From positions 101,124,001 to 101,188,000 of the forward strand of contig NC_058373.1 in NCBI RefSeq assembly GCF_018350175.1: a stretch of DNA of 64,000 bases. The letters are read 5' to 3'. The translations under genes were made by a program, and so were the position numbers. Below the pieces are notes generated by a model, which was not told the origin of the DNA, ran no database searches, and saw nothing but the letters and a program-made list of their open reading frames with translations. Below are positions 53,408-64,000 of the stretch, piece after piece. Origin of the DNA: Felis catus. Lineage: Eukaryota. Every line of letters begins with the position of its first letter. The stretch's first letter is position 1.

Positions 53408-53871
53408 TTTGGGGAGATAATTCTCCACAGGTCTCTCTTGTTTCTGCATGTCTTATAAGAAAGGCACTAGCTGCCCTTTGTTGTAAACTATCTTTTCAAG
53501 AATGTTTGTTTACTGAGCAGCCTTGGAAGACAGATACAATGTCTCCCTCTGGAGCATAAACCAGGCATGCTTTACTTCCTATTATAAAAGAGTTAGGTTC
53601 CCTAAGCTCAAGGTTGCTAATAATACAGTCCACTGGATGTATAGATGTCATCTGACACCTCTTCCTGTCACCTTGCAGAAAATGAGCCTTGGGGAACCAG
53701 TGCAAAATGTTGACACTCTAGCTACTTCTATTGAAAGAAAAATAAACTCTCTTTCACCTTTCACTCAAGAGTCTCAACTCTTGAACCAGAGTCCAAGAAG
53801 CAATTGCTTGAAGGTAGGGTAAAAGCAGGATAAGAAAAAAAAAAATCTCAGGCCCTTCATAGTTCTTGACA
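53408..53871 (+). mobile_element. Solo LTR, LTR40-like (ERVL)
   Basis: Starts ggggagataattctccacaggtctctc...ctatcttttcaag...gccttggaagacag. Internal tataaaa and aataaa. Ends aaaatctcaggcccttcatagttcttgaca, matching recalled LTR40. Confidence 0.82.
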
Positions 53872-54575
53872 ATGGCTACATGGGAATGGAACATGGAGCA
53901 AAAGCCTAGGGAGTGTTGAAGATGGAGAGGCTGAGACTCCAAAGGACTACAACCTTCTAGAAATAAGCTCATCATGTAGAAGATAACAAGGAAGAAGATA
54001 GCAAGAAAATTTGGTACTGGCTGAAAGGGACAAGTCACCCAAGATAATTCATAACCATAAACTCTCCTCACCTGGGTTCCCAGATCAATTTTACCTACTT
54101 ATGTAGTTCAAAATATTCTTAAATGAGAAATTTAATTTAGAGGTTACACATCAGCAAAAACACCTATGAGACTAACAGACACCATCAAAAATCAACATTA
54201 ATCCAGACCTTAAAAAGTCCCAATGTTTCAAAAAACACAAAACACAGAAGGAAACAAAGTATCATGAGAAAGAATAAACAGGTACAACAGACAGCAAAAT
54301 CAGACCCACAGATTCTCACAAAATAGCAAATCAGTGTGTTCACTATGTTTAAAGAAATAAAAGAGAGGCATTAAGATGAGATGGAATGAAGAAAAATTTT
54401 TATTTTTTTGAAAACAAAAGAAGAATTTTTATTTTACTTTTTGTGGGGTGAGTCATATAACAGAAAAACTGTTATGTGAGCTCAGTAAAATGATCTCATT
54501 TAAAATTTACTTCTCTAGGAAGCAAAAGAACTGTGTTTGCCTCTTATCTACTCAGTCTTAGTATTTATTACTAGT

Positions 54576-54653
54576 GTTGTAGATCAATTTAAGCCTAATA
54601 TCACTCTAAGTATGGTTGTATATCAATTTAAGCCTAATATCACTCTAAGTATG
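54576..54653. repeat. 39-bp two-copy tandem duplication
   Basis: gttgta(g/t)atcaatttaagcctaatatcactctaagtatg occurs twice with one mismatch. Confidence 0.97.
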
Positions 54654-55648
54654 TCATGTGAATCATCTCTAATCCTAAAAACAACCCTGCAAGATATTGT
54701 CCACATTTTTAAAATATTAAAATAAGGCCTTACTCTTACATGCTCAAAGGTAGCATGCTCAAGATAAACCTTCTATGGCAGAACTTGCAGGACCAGAAGA
54801 GATGACTCCAGCACTGACACTCTGAATTTGAAGAAATAACTTTTAAAGTTTTAAGAGAGTTTGAAAAGGAAACAAATGGAACAAATAAAAATGAGAAAAA
54901 CAGAAGTAAAAACTCTACTGAAAATTGAAACAGCATGTTACACAACACTGGACATAGCTACTAAATTGGAAGATAAATATAAAGAAATACAAAAATGAGA
55001 AACCAAGAGAAGGAAAATGTAAAAGAAAGTTTAAGGGAAAATGGAAACTAACATGAGAAAATCTAATGTGTCTCTTGTCTCCAGAAAATAACAGACAGAA
55101 TGGGGGAGAAACAGCTTAAAAGAAACAATAGCTGAGAATTTTCCAAAACTGTTGAACGTTACGAACTCTTAGACTCAGAAAGTCCAACGAATCACAAGCA
55201 AGAAAAATAAAAAGAAGTATACTCCTAGACCCATGACAGTGATACCTAATACAAAAGATGAAAATTTTCTTCAAGTGAGCCAGAGAAAAAAGTTATGTTA
55301 TCTAAAAATGAATAATAATTAGAGTGACAGCTCTTTCTTCTCGATAGCCACAAAGTCACCAAACAGTGGCATGATTTATCCAATGTACTAAAAGAAAATA
55401 ACTCTCTAACAAGAATTCTATGCCTAATAAATTATCTTTTTAGAACAATGAAAAAAAATAGTCTTCTCTCAGATTTACAAAAAAAAACAAAAAACAAAAA
55501 ACAAACAGATTTGTTACCTTTTACCCTACAGACTCCACTAAAAAAAATTCTACATCATATATCTTAGGCAGAAGAAAAATAATGGAAGATGTGGGATGCC
55601 ATAGAATGTTGGAAAAAAGCTATTGTTACTAAGTGGGTAGATTTAAAT

Positions 55649-55866
55649 CAGCAGTTCTTAACCAAAAGCAATTTTCCCCTGAGGGGACAGTTGACAATAT
55701 TTGAAGATTTTTTTTGTCCATGACAACTAGGAGAGAGGTAATTCTCCCAGTACCTAGTATATAGACACCAAGCATGCTGATACATCCCACAATATACAAG
55801 ACAGCTCCTCACAACAAAGATTGATCCAGCCCAAAATGTCAATGAACCCAAGGTTGAGAAACACTG
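55649..55866 (+). mobile_element. MER20 hAT-Charlie MITE, full length
   Basis: cagcagttcttaacc...ggggacagttgacaat...cacaacaaag...gcccaaaatgtcaat...aggttgagaaacactg; 218 bp, matching recalled MER20. Confidence 0.88.
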
Positions 55867-55938
55867 ACCTGAATTAACACTGTGTAGAATAGTAATAATA
55901 ATTTGTCTTGTGGGGGGTTGGATCTAAAATAGACTACA

Positions 55939-56161
55939 GGGGCACCTGGGTGGCTCGGTCAGTTAAGCATCCAACTCTTGTTCTAGGCTCAGGTCGTGAT
56001 CTCACAGTTCCTGGGATGGAGCCCCTTTTCAGGCTCTGTGCTGACGTGTGAAGCCTGCTTGGGGTTCTCTCTCTTTCCCTCTCTCTCTCCCCCTCCCCTG
56101 CTCACCTTCTCCCTCTCTTTCTCTCTCTCTCACTCTCAAAATAAATAAACATTTAAAAAAA
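55939..56161 (+). mobile_element. CAN-SINE
   Basis: Perfect 14-bp TSD taaaatagactaca at 55925-55938 and 56162-56175. Confidence 0.96.
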
Positions 56162-56589
56162 TAAAATAGACTACAAAAACAGAGTATAAAGAGAGAGGAT
56201 GGCAACTAAAATGTTCTATGGTCTTTGTGTCATTTGAGAGGAGTGATAAAAACTGAGTCACTGTAGGCTTTAATAAGTTAAGTGACTGTATTAAAATATC
56301 AAAGATAACTACTAAATGTATCTATACACTTCAGAAGTTATATTCTCTAACCTAGTAGAAGGATATGGAATGAGAATGAAGGGAAAAATAAAGAGGAAGC
56401 TTGAAAAGAGAAAAGAAATGTGGAAAGAAAAGGTGAGAAAAAAAGAGGAATATCGCAGAAATAAATACAAATGCATCAGCAATCAAAATAACTGTAAATA
56501 GAGCAAAACACTTCAGTTCATAGTAAAACCTTGTCAGTCTAGATAAAATAAAAATTCCAGATAAGTACTGTTTATAAAAGATACTTGCA

Positions 56590-56808
56590 GGGGCATCTGG
56601 GTGGCTCAGTCAGTTAAGCGTCTGGTCTTTGGCTAAGGTCATGATCTCACAGTTCATGAGTTTGAGCCCCGCGTCGGGCTCTGTGCTGACAGCTCAGAGC
56701 CTGGAGCCTGCTTTGGATTCTGTGTCTCCCTCTCTCTCTGCCCCTCCCCCACTCATGCTCTGTCTCTCTCTGTCTCTCAAAAATAAAGAAACATAATCAA
56801 AAAATTTA
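56590..56808 (+). mobile_element. CAN-SINE (SINEC_Fc type)
   Basis: Full head, CT tract and A-rich tail. Confidence 0.95.
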
Positions 56809-56944
56809 AAAAGAGATTTGAACTAGATAATATTTAAAGTTCTGAAAATCCCTAATACAAACAATAATCTTTTACTCTCCATTATTTATTATGCACATTT
56901 ACTGTCACTACAATGGTAGACTTGCAAGGCAGACATTTTATCTT

Positions 56945-57197
56945 ATTTTTATTTATGATTTTTTTCAGTTTTATTCAGGTGTAATGAACAAAGTTGTAAG
57001 ATAATTTACAGTGTACAATGTGATGATCTGATATAAGCATACATTATGAAACGATTCCCCCCCATCAAATGAAGTAACACATTCATCACCTCACATATTT
57101 ACTTTTTCTTTTTTTGTAAGAATATTTAAGTTCTACTCTCTTAGCAAATTTTAATTATATAATACAGTGTTATCAACTATAGTCACCGTGTTGTACT
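56945..57197 (-). mobile_element. L1MA-type 3' terminal fragment
   Basis: gtgtacaatgtgatgat...catcacctcacata...ttaagttctactctcttagcaaatt...aactatagtcaccgtgttgtac, with a T-rich tail on the left. Confidence 0.85.
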
Positions 57198-58184
57198 TCA
57201 GGCATTCTATTTTATAGTATTCCGTCTCTAACTCCTGGTGCAACCACTAAAATTTGGGTATCTCAACAATGATCTCTGATGAGGAATTCGATACCAAAGG
57301 ACAAACCATTTATTTGATCAGATCCAAGCTTCAGAAAAAACTTGAGATCCTACAAAGAAATTGAAGTAGAGACATAATCCACAAGCAGTTGCATTTTGAG
57401 GTAAATCCTGCCTGCAGATCTGTATGCTACACATTTGTTTTTAAAAGCTTGGCATCTGACTGTAACCTGAGGAATTTTGGTTAAACATTTCTTTATGCAA
57501 AACAAAGAATGTTGAGCAGTTAAATATTTTACCTCTGAGGCTAAAATTGGGTTATTTTTTTTCCTCCCTTCTGAATGTTTAAGGTGGAAAACCAAGTGTA
57601 AATTGTTCAAAAGATTTCCAGTCATTAAAATCTTATCATCTACGAATGAATAGTGGTAACCAACTCCTTTGAATGGTTAATTAACTCAACAAAGATGTAT
57701 TACGCATCTTCTCTTATAACTGAATGAGTCAGCAGTCTTTGCTGAGCATCTAGGAGATGTGGAGAGAGCTCTGGTAAGACAGAGAAAACGGGAGAACAGT
57801 ACCTTCTAAGCATCTCACAACCTGATTGAGGAAAAGTGAATATGTAAATTGAAAAGGACCAAATGGTAATTGACACAATACAAAAGTAATCAGTCAATAA
57901 ACATTTTTTTCAGCAGATACTCATATGAACAAGATTAATCCATGCATTCCCAACCTAAATTCAAGTGCTAACGGCTCAAAGGGGGATCAAATTAGCTTGG
58001 GTGCTCAAAGGGTTAAGGAATGGTTTTAAAAAGCGGGAAGCCAGGAGAGGGCAACCGTGCGCCTGACAGCAGGACACGTGCCGAAGCTTCAGGTAGCAAT
58101 GCAGTTCCTCCTTCTACCAGAGAAGGTGGGTGAGGTGAGACTCCACAGGAAGGGAATACAGTCATCTCTAAGTTCACCTGTAGA

Positions 58185-58355
58185 TGTGGTTTGTGGACCA
58201 CCTGTGGGAGAATCATCTGGAGACGGTGTTATAAATGCGTATTTCTCCAATCTGCTACAGAATCAACACATCAGAACCTTTGAGAATGAGCTTCGGAAAT
58301 CTGCACTTTGAATAAACTGCAGGTGATTCTCCCCACTGAAATTTCAGAACTGCTC
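58185..58355. mobile_element. MER5-family hAT-Charlie MITE
   Basis: tgtggtttgtggaccacctg...agaatcatctgg...gttataaatgc...aaatctgcactttgaataaa...caggtgattct. Confidence 0.65.
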
Positions 58356-59464
58356 ACTAGATGAGAACAAGGGTGTCAGATTAGCCTGTCTCCACAGCTT
58401 TGTGATAAGTTGCCCCCTTCTACTGCTCAGCCTCTCTAAGCCTCATTTCCCCATTTGTCAAATGCAAACAATAAATACTATCCACCTATAGTTTTGTAAC
58501 GATCACATGATTCACCATCTAAGATGCTTAGGCAAACAGTGAGCACTCGATAAATGCAATATAAATTATAATAAGCTCATGAAGAATTCACCAACTATAG
58601 TCAATGATAATATATTAAACACTTAAAAATTTGTTAAGAAGGTAAATCTTATGATAAGTGTTCTTTCCACAAGAAAAGATTCTAAAGAAAAGGAAAAAAC
58701 TCACCAAATGTGAACATGTGGAGCAGACACAAGGAGGGTATGAGACAGGAAAATTCTAAAAGGGCAAGGCCAGAGGTCTGAGCAGGAAGTTGGTCCGTTG
58801 AGGACATGTTTCCAGTGATAACCTTTACTTTCTAACCACTGCCTACATGCCAGGCTACTTTCACATTGACTCAAAAGCTCCTTAGGATCACTTTATGAAG
58901 TATAAATTTAGTAGGGCTTTAGCTGAAGGTCAGGGAGGTTAAGTGTCCAGTGCAAAGTCACACAGCTAGTAAATCACATGACACACATTAGGCAACAAAT
59001 TGTGTCACAGTCAAATACCCTAAATCTAACCTGAGAGGCACCCAGCATGACCTACATGGGACAGAGATGAGTCAGGTCAGTTTCAGGCATGCCCTGGAGT
59101 GGAGCCAAGTTCTGAGACCAAAGGGTACACACAGGTGTCAGGCTCAGGAATGTGGGGTCAGCAATAGAGTCCTACCACCTATTCTGCCAAGAACCTTCCT
59201 TATTGCTCCATGTTGTTATTAGTGACCATAAAGATAGAGAAACAGCAGATATTTATTTCCTGCCACATGTTTTAAAATGTGGAACTCTAAACCATTGTTC
59301 AATTACCCTGCAGTCAAGATTTGTTATCAGTATTAAATGAATTTTAAGTCTTGTATTCTACAGTATTCTTGATAGAGGTAGGAAAGGTGAAAAAATCTGA
59401 GTACAGAAACCAGAGCTCTAAAAGGATCACAGTTTGCCTGGGAAAACCACCACAATGGATACCT

Positions 59465-59955
59465 ATTGTGTTGGGCCAGCATCTATTCCCCCTTCTGAAC
59501 CAGCACCCTGATTTTCATTTTGGTACCACTCCTCCTCATTTAAGTCCTTGTGGTTCTGACTGAGTTGACCTCTACTCCCAGATTCCAGCAATGGACACAT
59601 GACCCAGGCTTGCCCGATTAGCATATTCCATGCCTCTGGTGACTCATTGGCTCAGGAATGGCAAGCGATCTAATTAATCCAATCAAAAGTTGATGTCAGA
59701 CTTTGAATTAGAATATCAGGAAAGAAAAGCTCTTCTACTGGGATTGGATTTGCCAGGAACTAGCTACATTTTCCAGGGCACACTTTATGGAGTACATTGG
59801 CTGCATTATTTGCACTTCTGGATCCTGCCATGTGAAAATTTTCACTCCTAGCCTTTTCAGGTATGCAAGCCAATGATTCTTTTTTTTTTGTTTTTCCTAA
59901 ACCTATTTAAATTAAGATTTTCTTTTTATCACTTAGGAAAAATGCTAACTAATTG
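59465..59955 (+). mobile_element. Old MaLR LTR (MLT1-like)
   Basis: cacatgacccaggcttgcccgattagc...cattggctcaggaatggc...ccaatc and a 3' gccaat...aaacctatttaaattaagattttc...atcactt pattern. Confidence 0.65.
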
Positions 59956-60277
59956 AGAGCTACATGCAACTCAAAGACTTGTCACCAACAAGACTCTTGT
60001 CACCAACTCACACTTAACATGAACTGATTTTGTGGGCGGGGCACATGAATAGTAAGAGAATTGGGATGAGAGAAAAGAGATTGGTCCTTAATCCATGGGC
60101 AGGGCTAATGATACTTATGAGGAGAGAATCAAACTGGATCATGCACCCCTGCTTTCTGGGGAAAAAAAAGGCAAAAACTTAAATATGAAAATAGACACTT
60201 AGCAAACATGTCCCTAATCTACAAAGGTGTAGGTGAGAGAGAGGTAGGAGGGGATGCATTTTTAAAAGAGGTAAGGA

Positions 60278-60493
60278 GGGGCGCCTGGGTGGCGCAGTCG
60301 GTTGGGCTTCCGACTTTAGCCAGGTCACGATCTCGCGGTCCGGGAGTTCGAGCCCCGCGTCGGGCTCTGGGCTGATGGCTCAGAGCCTGGAGCTTGTTTC
60401 CGATTCTGTGTCTCCCTCTCTCTCTGCCCCTCCCCCGTTCATGCTCTGTCTCTCTCTGTCCCCAAAATAAATAAACGTTGAAAAAAAAATAAA
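60278..60493 (+). mobile_element. Young feline CAN-SINE (first of composite)
   Basis: ggggcgcctgggtggcgcagtcgg head, CpG intact. Confidence 0.97.
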
Positions 60494-60529
60494 TTAGTGT
60501 CCAAGTTTAGATGTACTATAAATGTAAAA

Positions 60530-60639
60530 AGAATATAAACTATGTCCTCAATAATTTTTATAATGATAACATGTTAAAATGATAACATTTTGAATATATT
60601 AGGTCAAATAAAATATACTGTTAAAATTGCTTTCATCTT
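60530..60639. mobile_element. MER33/Charlie1-like fragment inside the composite insertion
   Basis: acatgttaaaatgataacattttgaatatattaggtcaaataaaatatactgttaaaatt resembles the recalled MER33/Charlie1 interior; no termini present here. Confidence 0.65.
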
Positions 60640-60860
60640 GGGGCGCCTGGGTGGCGCAGTCGGTTAAGCGTCCGACTTCAGCCAGGTCACGATCTCGCGG
60701 TCCGTGAGTTCGAGCCCCGTGTCAGGCTCTGGGCTGATGGCTCGGAGCCTGGAGCCTGTTTCCGATTCTGTGTCTCCCTCTCTCTCTCTGCCCCTCCCCC
60801 GTTCATGCTCGGTCTCTCTCTGTCCCAAAAATAAATAAAGAAAAACGAAGAAAAAAAAAA
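60640..60860 (+). mobile_element. Young feline CAN-SINE (second of composite)
   Basis: Near-consensus ggggcgcctgggtggcgcagtcggttaagcgtccgacttcagccaggtcacg head and A-tail. Confidence 0.97.
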
Positions 60861-60984
60861 TTTAAAAGAGGTAAGGAGACTAGAATAGAACCAGCAAATG
60901 ACAAAGCATTTCAATGTAGGGCATACTGGGGACAATTTTCAGCAGAAGGAAGCATTACAGTCAAGAATTTTGACTCAAAATTTA

Positions 60985-61232
60985 TTTTTTATTTTTTTTT
61001 TATTTTTTTTTTTAAATTTTTTTTTTTTTCAACGTTTATTTATTTTTGGGACAGAGAGAGACAGAGCATGAACGGGGGAGGGGCAGAGAGAGAGGGAGAC
61101 ACAGAATCGTAAACAGGCTCCAGGCTCTGGGCCATCAGCCCAGAGCCCGACGCGGGGCTCGAACTCCCGGACCGCGAGATCGTGACCTGGCTGAAGTCGG
61201 ACGCTTAACCGACTGCGCCACCCAGGCGCCCC
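60985..61232 (-). mobile_element. Young feline CAN-SINE with long tail
   Basis: Perfect 15-bp TSD ttgactcaaaattta at 60970-60984 and 61233-61247; CpG intact. Confidence 0.98.
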
Positions 61233-62202
61233 TTGACTCAAAATTTAACTTGGGCAGTTAATTCAGTCTGTTGTTTAGGGGACAAATTTAGAAAATATAC
61301 CTGAAAGTATCATTACTAGCAAGCATCCTATTTTCACATACATTATAAGAAAGTTGGAAAAATAGCCAGCACACAATTCATAATGCTTGAATTCATTCAT
61401 AATCAAGACTATCACCTGCCTGACAAAAGTGAAAGTAATTTAAGTATGTAATGCCATTTTAATACAAAAAGAAACCTCAACCCCCTAAGTACTCTCAGGC
61501 AAAGAAATAGTCTCTGTCCCCATAGGTGGATTTTATAATCCCATCTGAATCAATAGCATCTGCTTTTAACTGATGTAATTAATAGATTATATAATTCCAC
61601 GCATCTCTGCAGGTGCCACATGATCAAATAAAAATAGATTAAGTATGGGAAGAGAAGAAAGCCACTTATTTGGTTAATCCTTTCCAACCAGGAGTCTAAT
61701 TCAAGGCCCACCTGTAGCTAGATGACATAAAATGTCTTATTTAGATCTAAAGGACATGAACTTAATTACAACAGAAAAAAAAATTTTTTTAAGTTGAAAT
61801 CAAAGAGACAATATAAATAAAGAGGCCCAGTAACTGGCATGAAAAAATAGAAGAACACATTAGCACGGTGGTGAAATTTTATTATACCTCATTCAAATCC
61901 TTAAACTTCAGGTATATTTGTGTTATAAACTTGGGAGTGACTTGAAGATTTAGCCAGAGTTAATGTATAATCATTCTAAGTGATTGTATTAACCACTGCA
62001 GTACTATTTTATGCAAGTTAAGAATTGAGCATCAGTGTGGGGATTCCTAATGCCATATATAGGGATAGACTACATGTATTTTCCTCTGTATTTTCCAGTA
62101 TACTTTGTCTGTGCTTCTTAGAGCCCTGTACACATTACGTTATGGTCAGTTGTTTCTATGACCCATGCTTCCCTGGACCATAAGCTTCCAGAACCAGGAA
62201 GC

Positions 62203-62268
62203 TTTCTTTCATTTTCTGTTCATTTTCTGTTTCATTTTCTTTTCATTTCTGTTCATTTTCTTTCACTT
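62203..62268. repeat. Degenerate (TTCATTTTCTG)n minisatellite
   Basis: Five to six imperfect units of 10-12 bp read directly. Confidence 0.85.
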
Positions 62269-62704
62269 TGTTTCTAGTACAATGCTAAACCAAAAGGAAC
62301 TTTGGCAAACTAATGTCTTCCTTTTAATTTGTAATAAAGTTCGGTATTTTTTGCCAATGAGTTAAGCAAGAATTGTAAAACTAATGATGTTTTGATACAC
62401 TAACCTCTGAAATATACCTGTGAGCCATTTTTAAATACAATATCCAAATCCAGGAGAAGGAGAGAGGAGGATTATCTTCACAAATGAATAAAACCATATT
62501 TACATAAAGAAGTCTTGATATTATATATGGATTTGTTCAGAAATTACAGTGTATCAATTTTTAAAATAATGTATACACTCTATTTTATATATGCTTTTTA
62601 AAAATGGTGAACAGTAATAGTAGTATTTTAATATAATATTATTATCATTATTATAGTAATTAGTACTATATAAATAGTAGGGTTTTTTTAATTTAAAACA
62701 TGGG

Positions 62705-62928
62705 TTTTTTTTTTTTAATTTTTTTTTCAACGTTTTTATTTATTTTTGGGACAGAGAGAGACAGAGCATGAACGGGCGAGGGGCAGAGAGGGAGACACAG
62801 AATCGGAAACAGGCTCCAGGCTCTGAGCCATCAGCCCAGAGCCCGACGCGGGGCTCGAACTCACAGACCGCGAGATCGTGACCTGGCTGAAGTCGGACGC
62901 TTAACCGACTGCGCCACCCAGGCGCCCC
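62705..62928 (-). mobile_element. Young feline CAN-SINE
   Basis: TSD taaaacatggg at 62694-62704 and 62929-62939; CpG intact. Confidence 0.98.
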
Positions 62929-62946
62929 TAAAACATGGGGTTTTAA

Positions 62947-63066
62947 GGGTGCCTGGGTGACACTGTCAATTGAGAGTCCAACTCTTGATTTCAGCTCAGG
63001 TCATGATGTGAGAGTCATGGTTGAGCCCCACATCAGGGTCTGTGCTGAGCATGGATGCTGTTTGGG

Positions 63067-63108
<42 letters not shown>

Positions 63109-63178
63109 CTTCTCCCCTGTGTGCTCCCTATCTCTCTCTAAAATTAAAATTAAACTTAAAAAATCAAAAAAAATTGTT
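62947..63178 (+). mobile_element. Older CAN-SINE
   Basis: gggtgcctgggtg head, (ct)n tract, A-rich tail. Confidence 0.93.
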
Positions 63179-64000
63179 AAGATGTTTTTAAATAAAGGAT
63201 TGAAAAGTGTTGTGATTTCAACACATCTAGTCCCAAGGAAATCCATGGAAGACCATGAGGCCTCAAAACCAAGCACAGCATGCAGAAATTTATCCAATTG
63301 AGAACATAACCATCAAGAAGCAGCATGGCCCTTAAATCTGCTGGTGCAAAACAGATCAATAAAAGTGTTGGAAGGTCACTGATTGCAACCTATGGGACTA
63401 AAAATCTGTATCTTCAATCCCAATCCCAACCCTATGTTTCAGGCTTTGTATCCAACCAGAGACTTCCCACTTGGAGGTTGCATAATATACTGACTTCACC
63501 CACCCTTCCACAGAGGAACAGACTCAAGACCCAGACAGCCTGAGTTTAAGTCAGCAAGCTGCTCAACCTCAGCTTTACCATCTGAATAAATGTGATTAAT
63601 AAAAAGCTCTACCTCACAGAATTGATGGGAGGGTTAAAAAGTGTCTAGAACATATGAAATGCTATATAAGGGTCTAGTAACATATAAAATCATATGTGCA
63701 GCCTTTGGTAACTTGTTCCTACCCACCTCCCAGTGGCTCACCACCAGCCTCCTGATTTCTTTTATTTTCTTCCAAATCCCAAGGTCTTTCTGGCTTCAGA
63801 GCCTTCACCACCTTCTTGCTTTTCTGCCATTTCCTTCTGGTTTTATCCCCAGAGGCCACCAGAGACTTCCTAAAGTGATAATATTTTGTACAACATTCAT
63901 GTTTTTTTCCAAAATGGTTCCATCTTGATAGAGTTTAAGAGGACAATAGGGAGCTATCAACACGGCAGGTATTGCCCTTGAATATCATTAGTATAACACC

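Larger units (their letters stand above)
54100..56580 (+). mobile_element. Old L1M 5'/ORF1 region with nested insertions
   Basis: ORF1-like motif gaaacaatagctgagaattttccaaaactg...gactcagaaagtccaacgaatcacaagc; boundaries approximate. Confidence 0.7.

Noticed and set aside
60278..62928. CpG island or promoter
   Set aside because: The CpG-rich stretches coincide with young SINE bodies.

Overview
This is mammalian nuclear DNA, almost certainly from a cat-family (Felidae) genome, because it carries feline CAN-SINEs (SINEC_Fc type) and carnivore L1 3' ends. It is AT-rich and repeat-dense and looks intronic or intergenic. I could not identify any protein-coding gene, functional RNA gene or CpG island. 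The six-frame ORFs I could place are SINE- or L1-derived, and the rest look like chance ORFs. The window contains about 29 tRNA-derived SINEs, many with clear target-site duplications (TSDs). It also has one young 5'-truncated L1 with a perfect 17-bp TSD, several old L1M blocks (mostly + strand), L2 and MIR relics, two LTRs (LTR40-like, MLT1-like), hAT MITEs (MER5, MER20, MER94, Charlie4-like), one terminally complete Tc1/mariner-Tigger-type element and several microsatellites. I found no convincing new gene system. The most interesting signals are unusual retrotransposition products. (1) A SINE-spacer-SINE block at 60.26-60.88 kb is enclosed by a single TSD. (2) A SINE at 45.9-46.3 kb carries about 118 bp of foreign sequence and a second A-tail inside its TSD, an apparent SINE 3' transduction. 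(3) An apparent orphan polyadenylated retro-insert at 54.4-54.8 kb interrupts an old L1. Repeat family names come from my recall of consensus sequences, not from a database search. Boundaries of old repeats are approximate.
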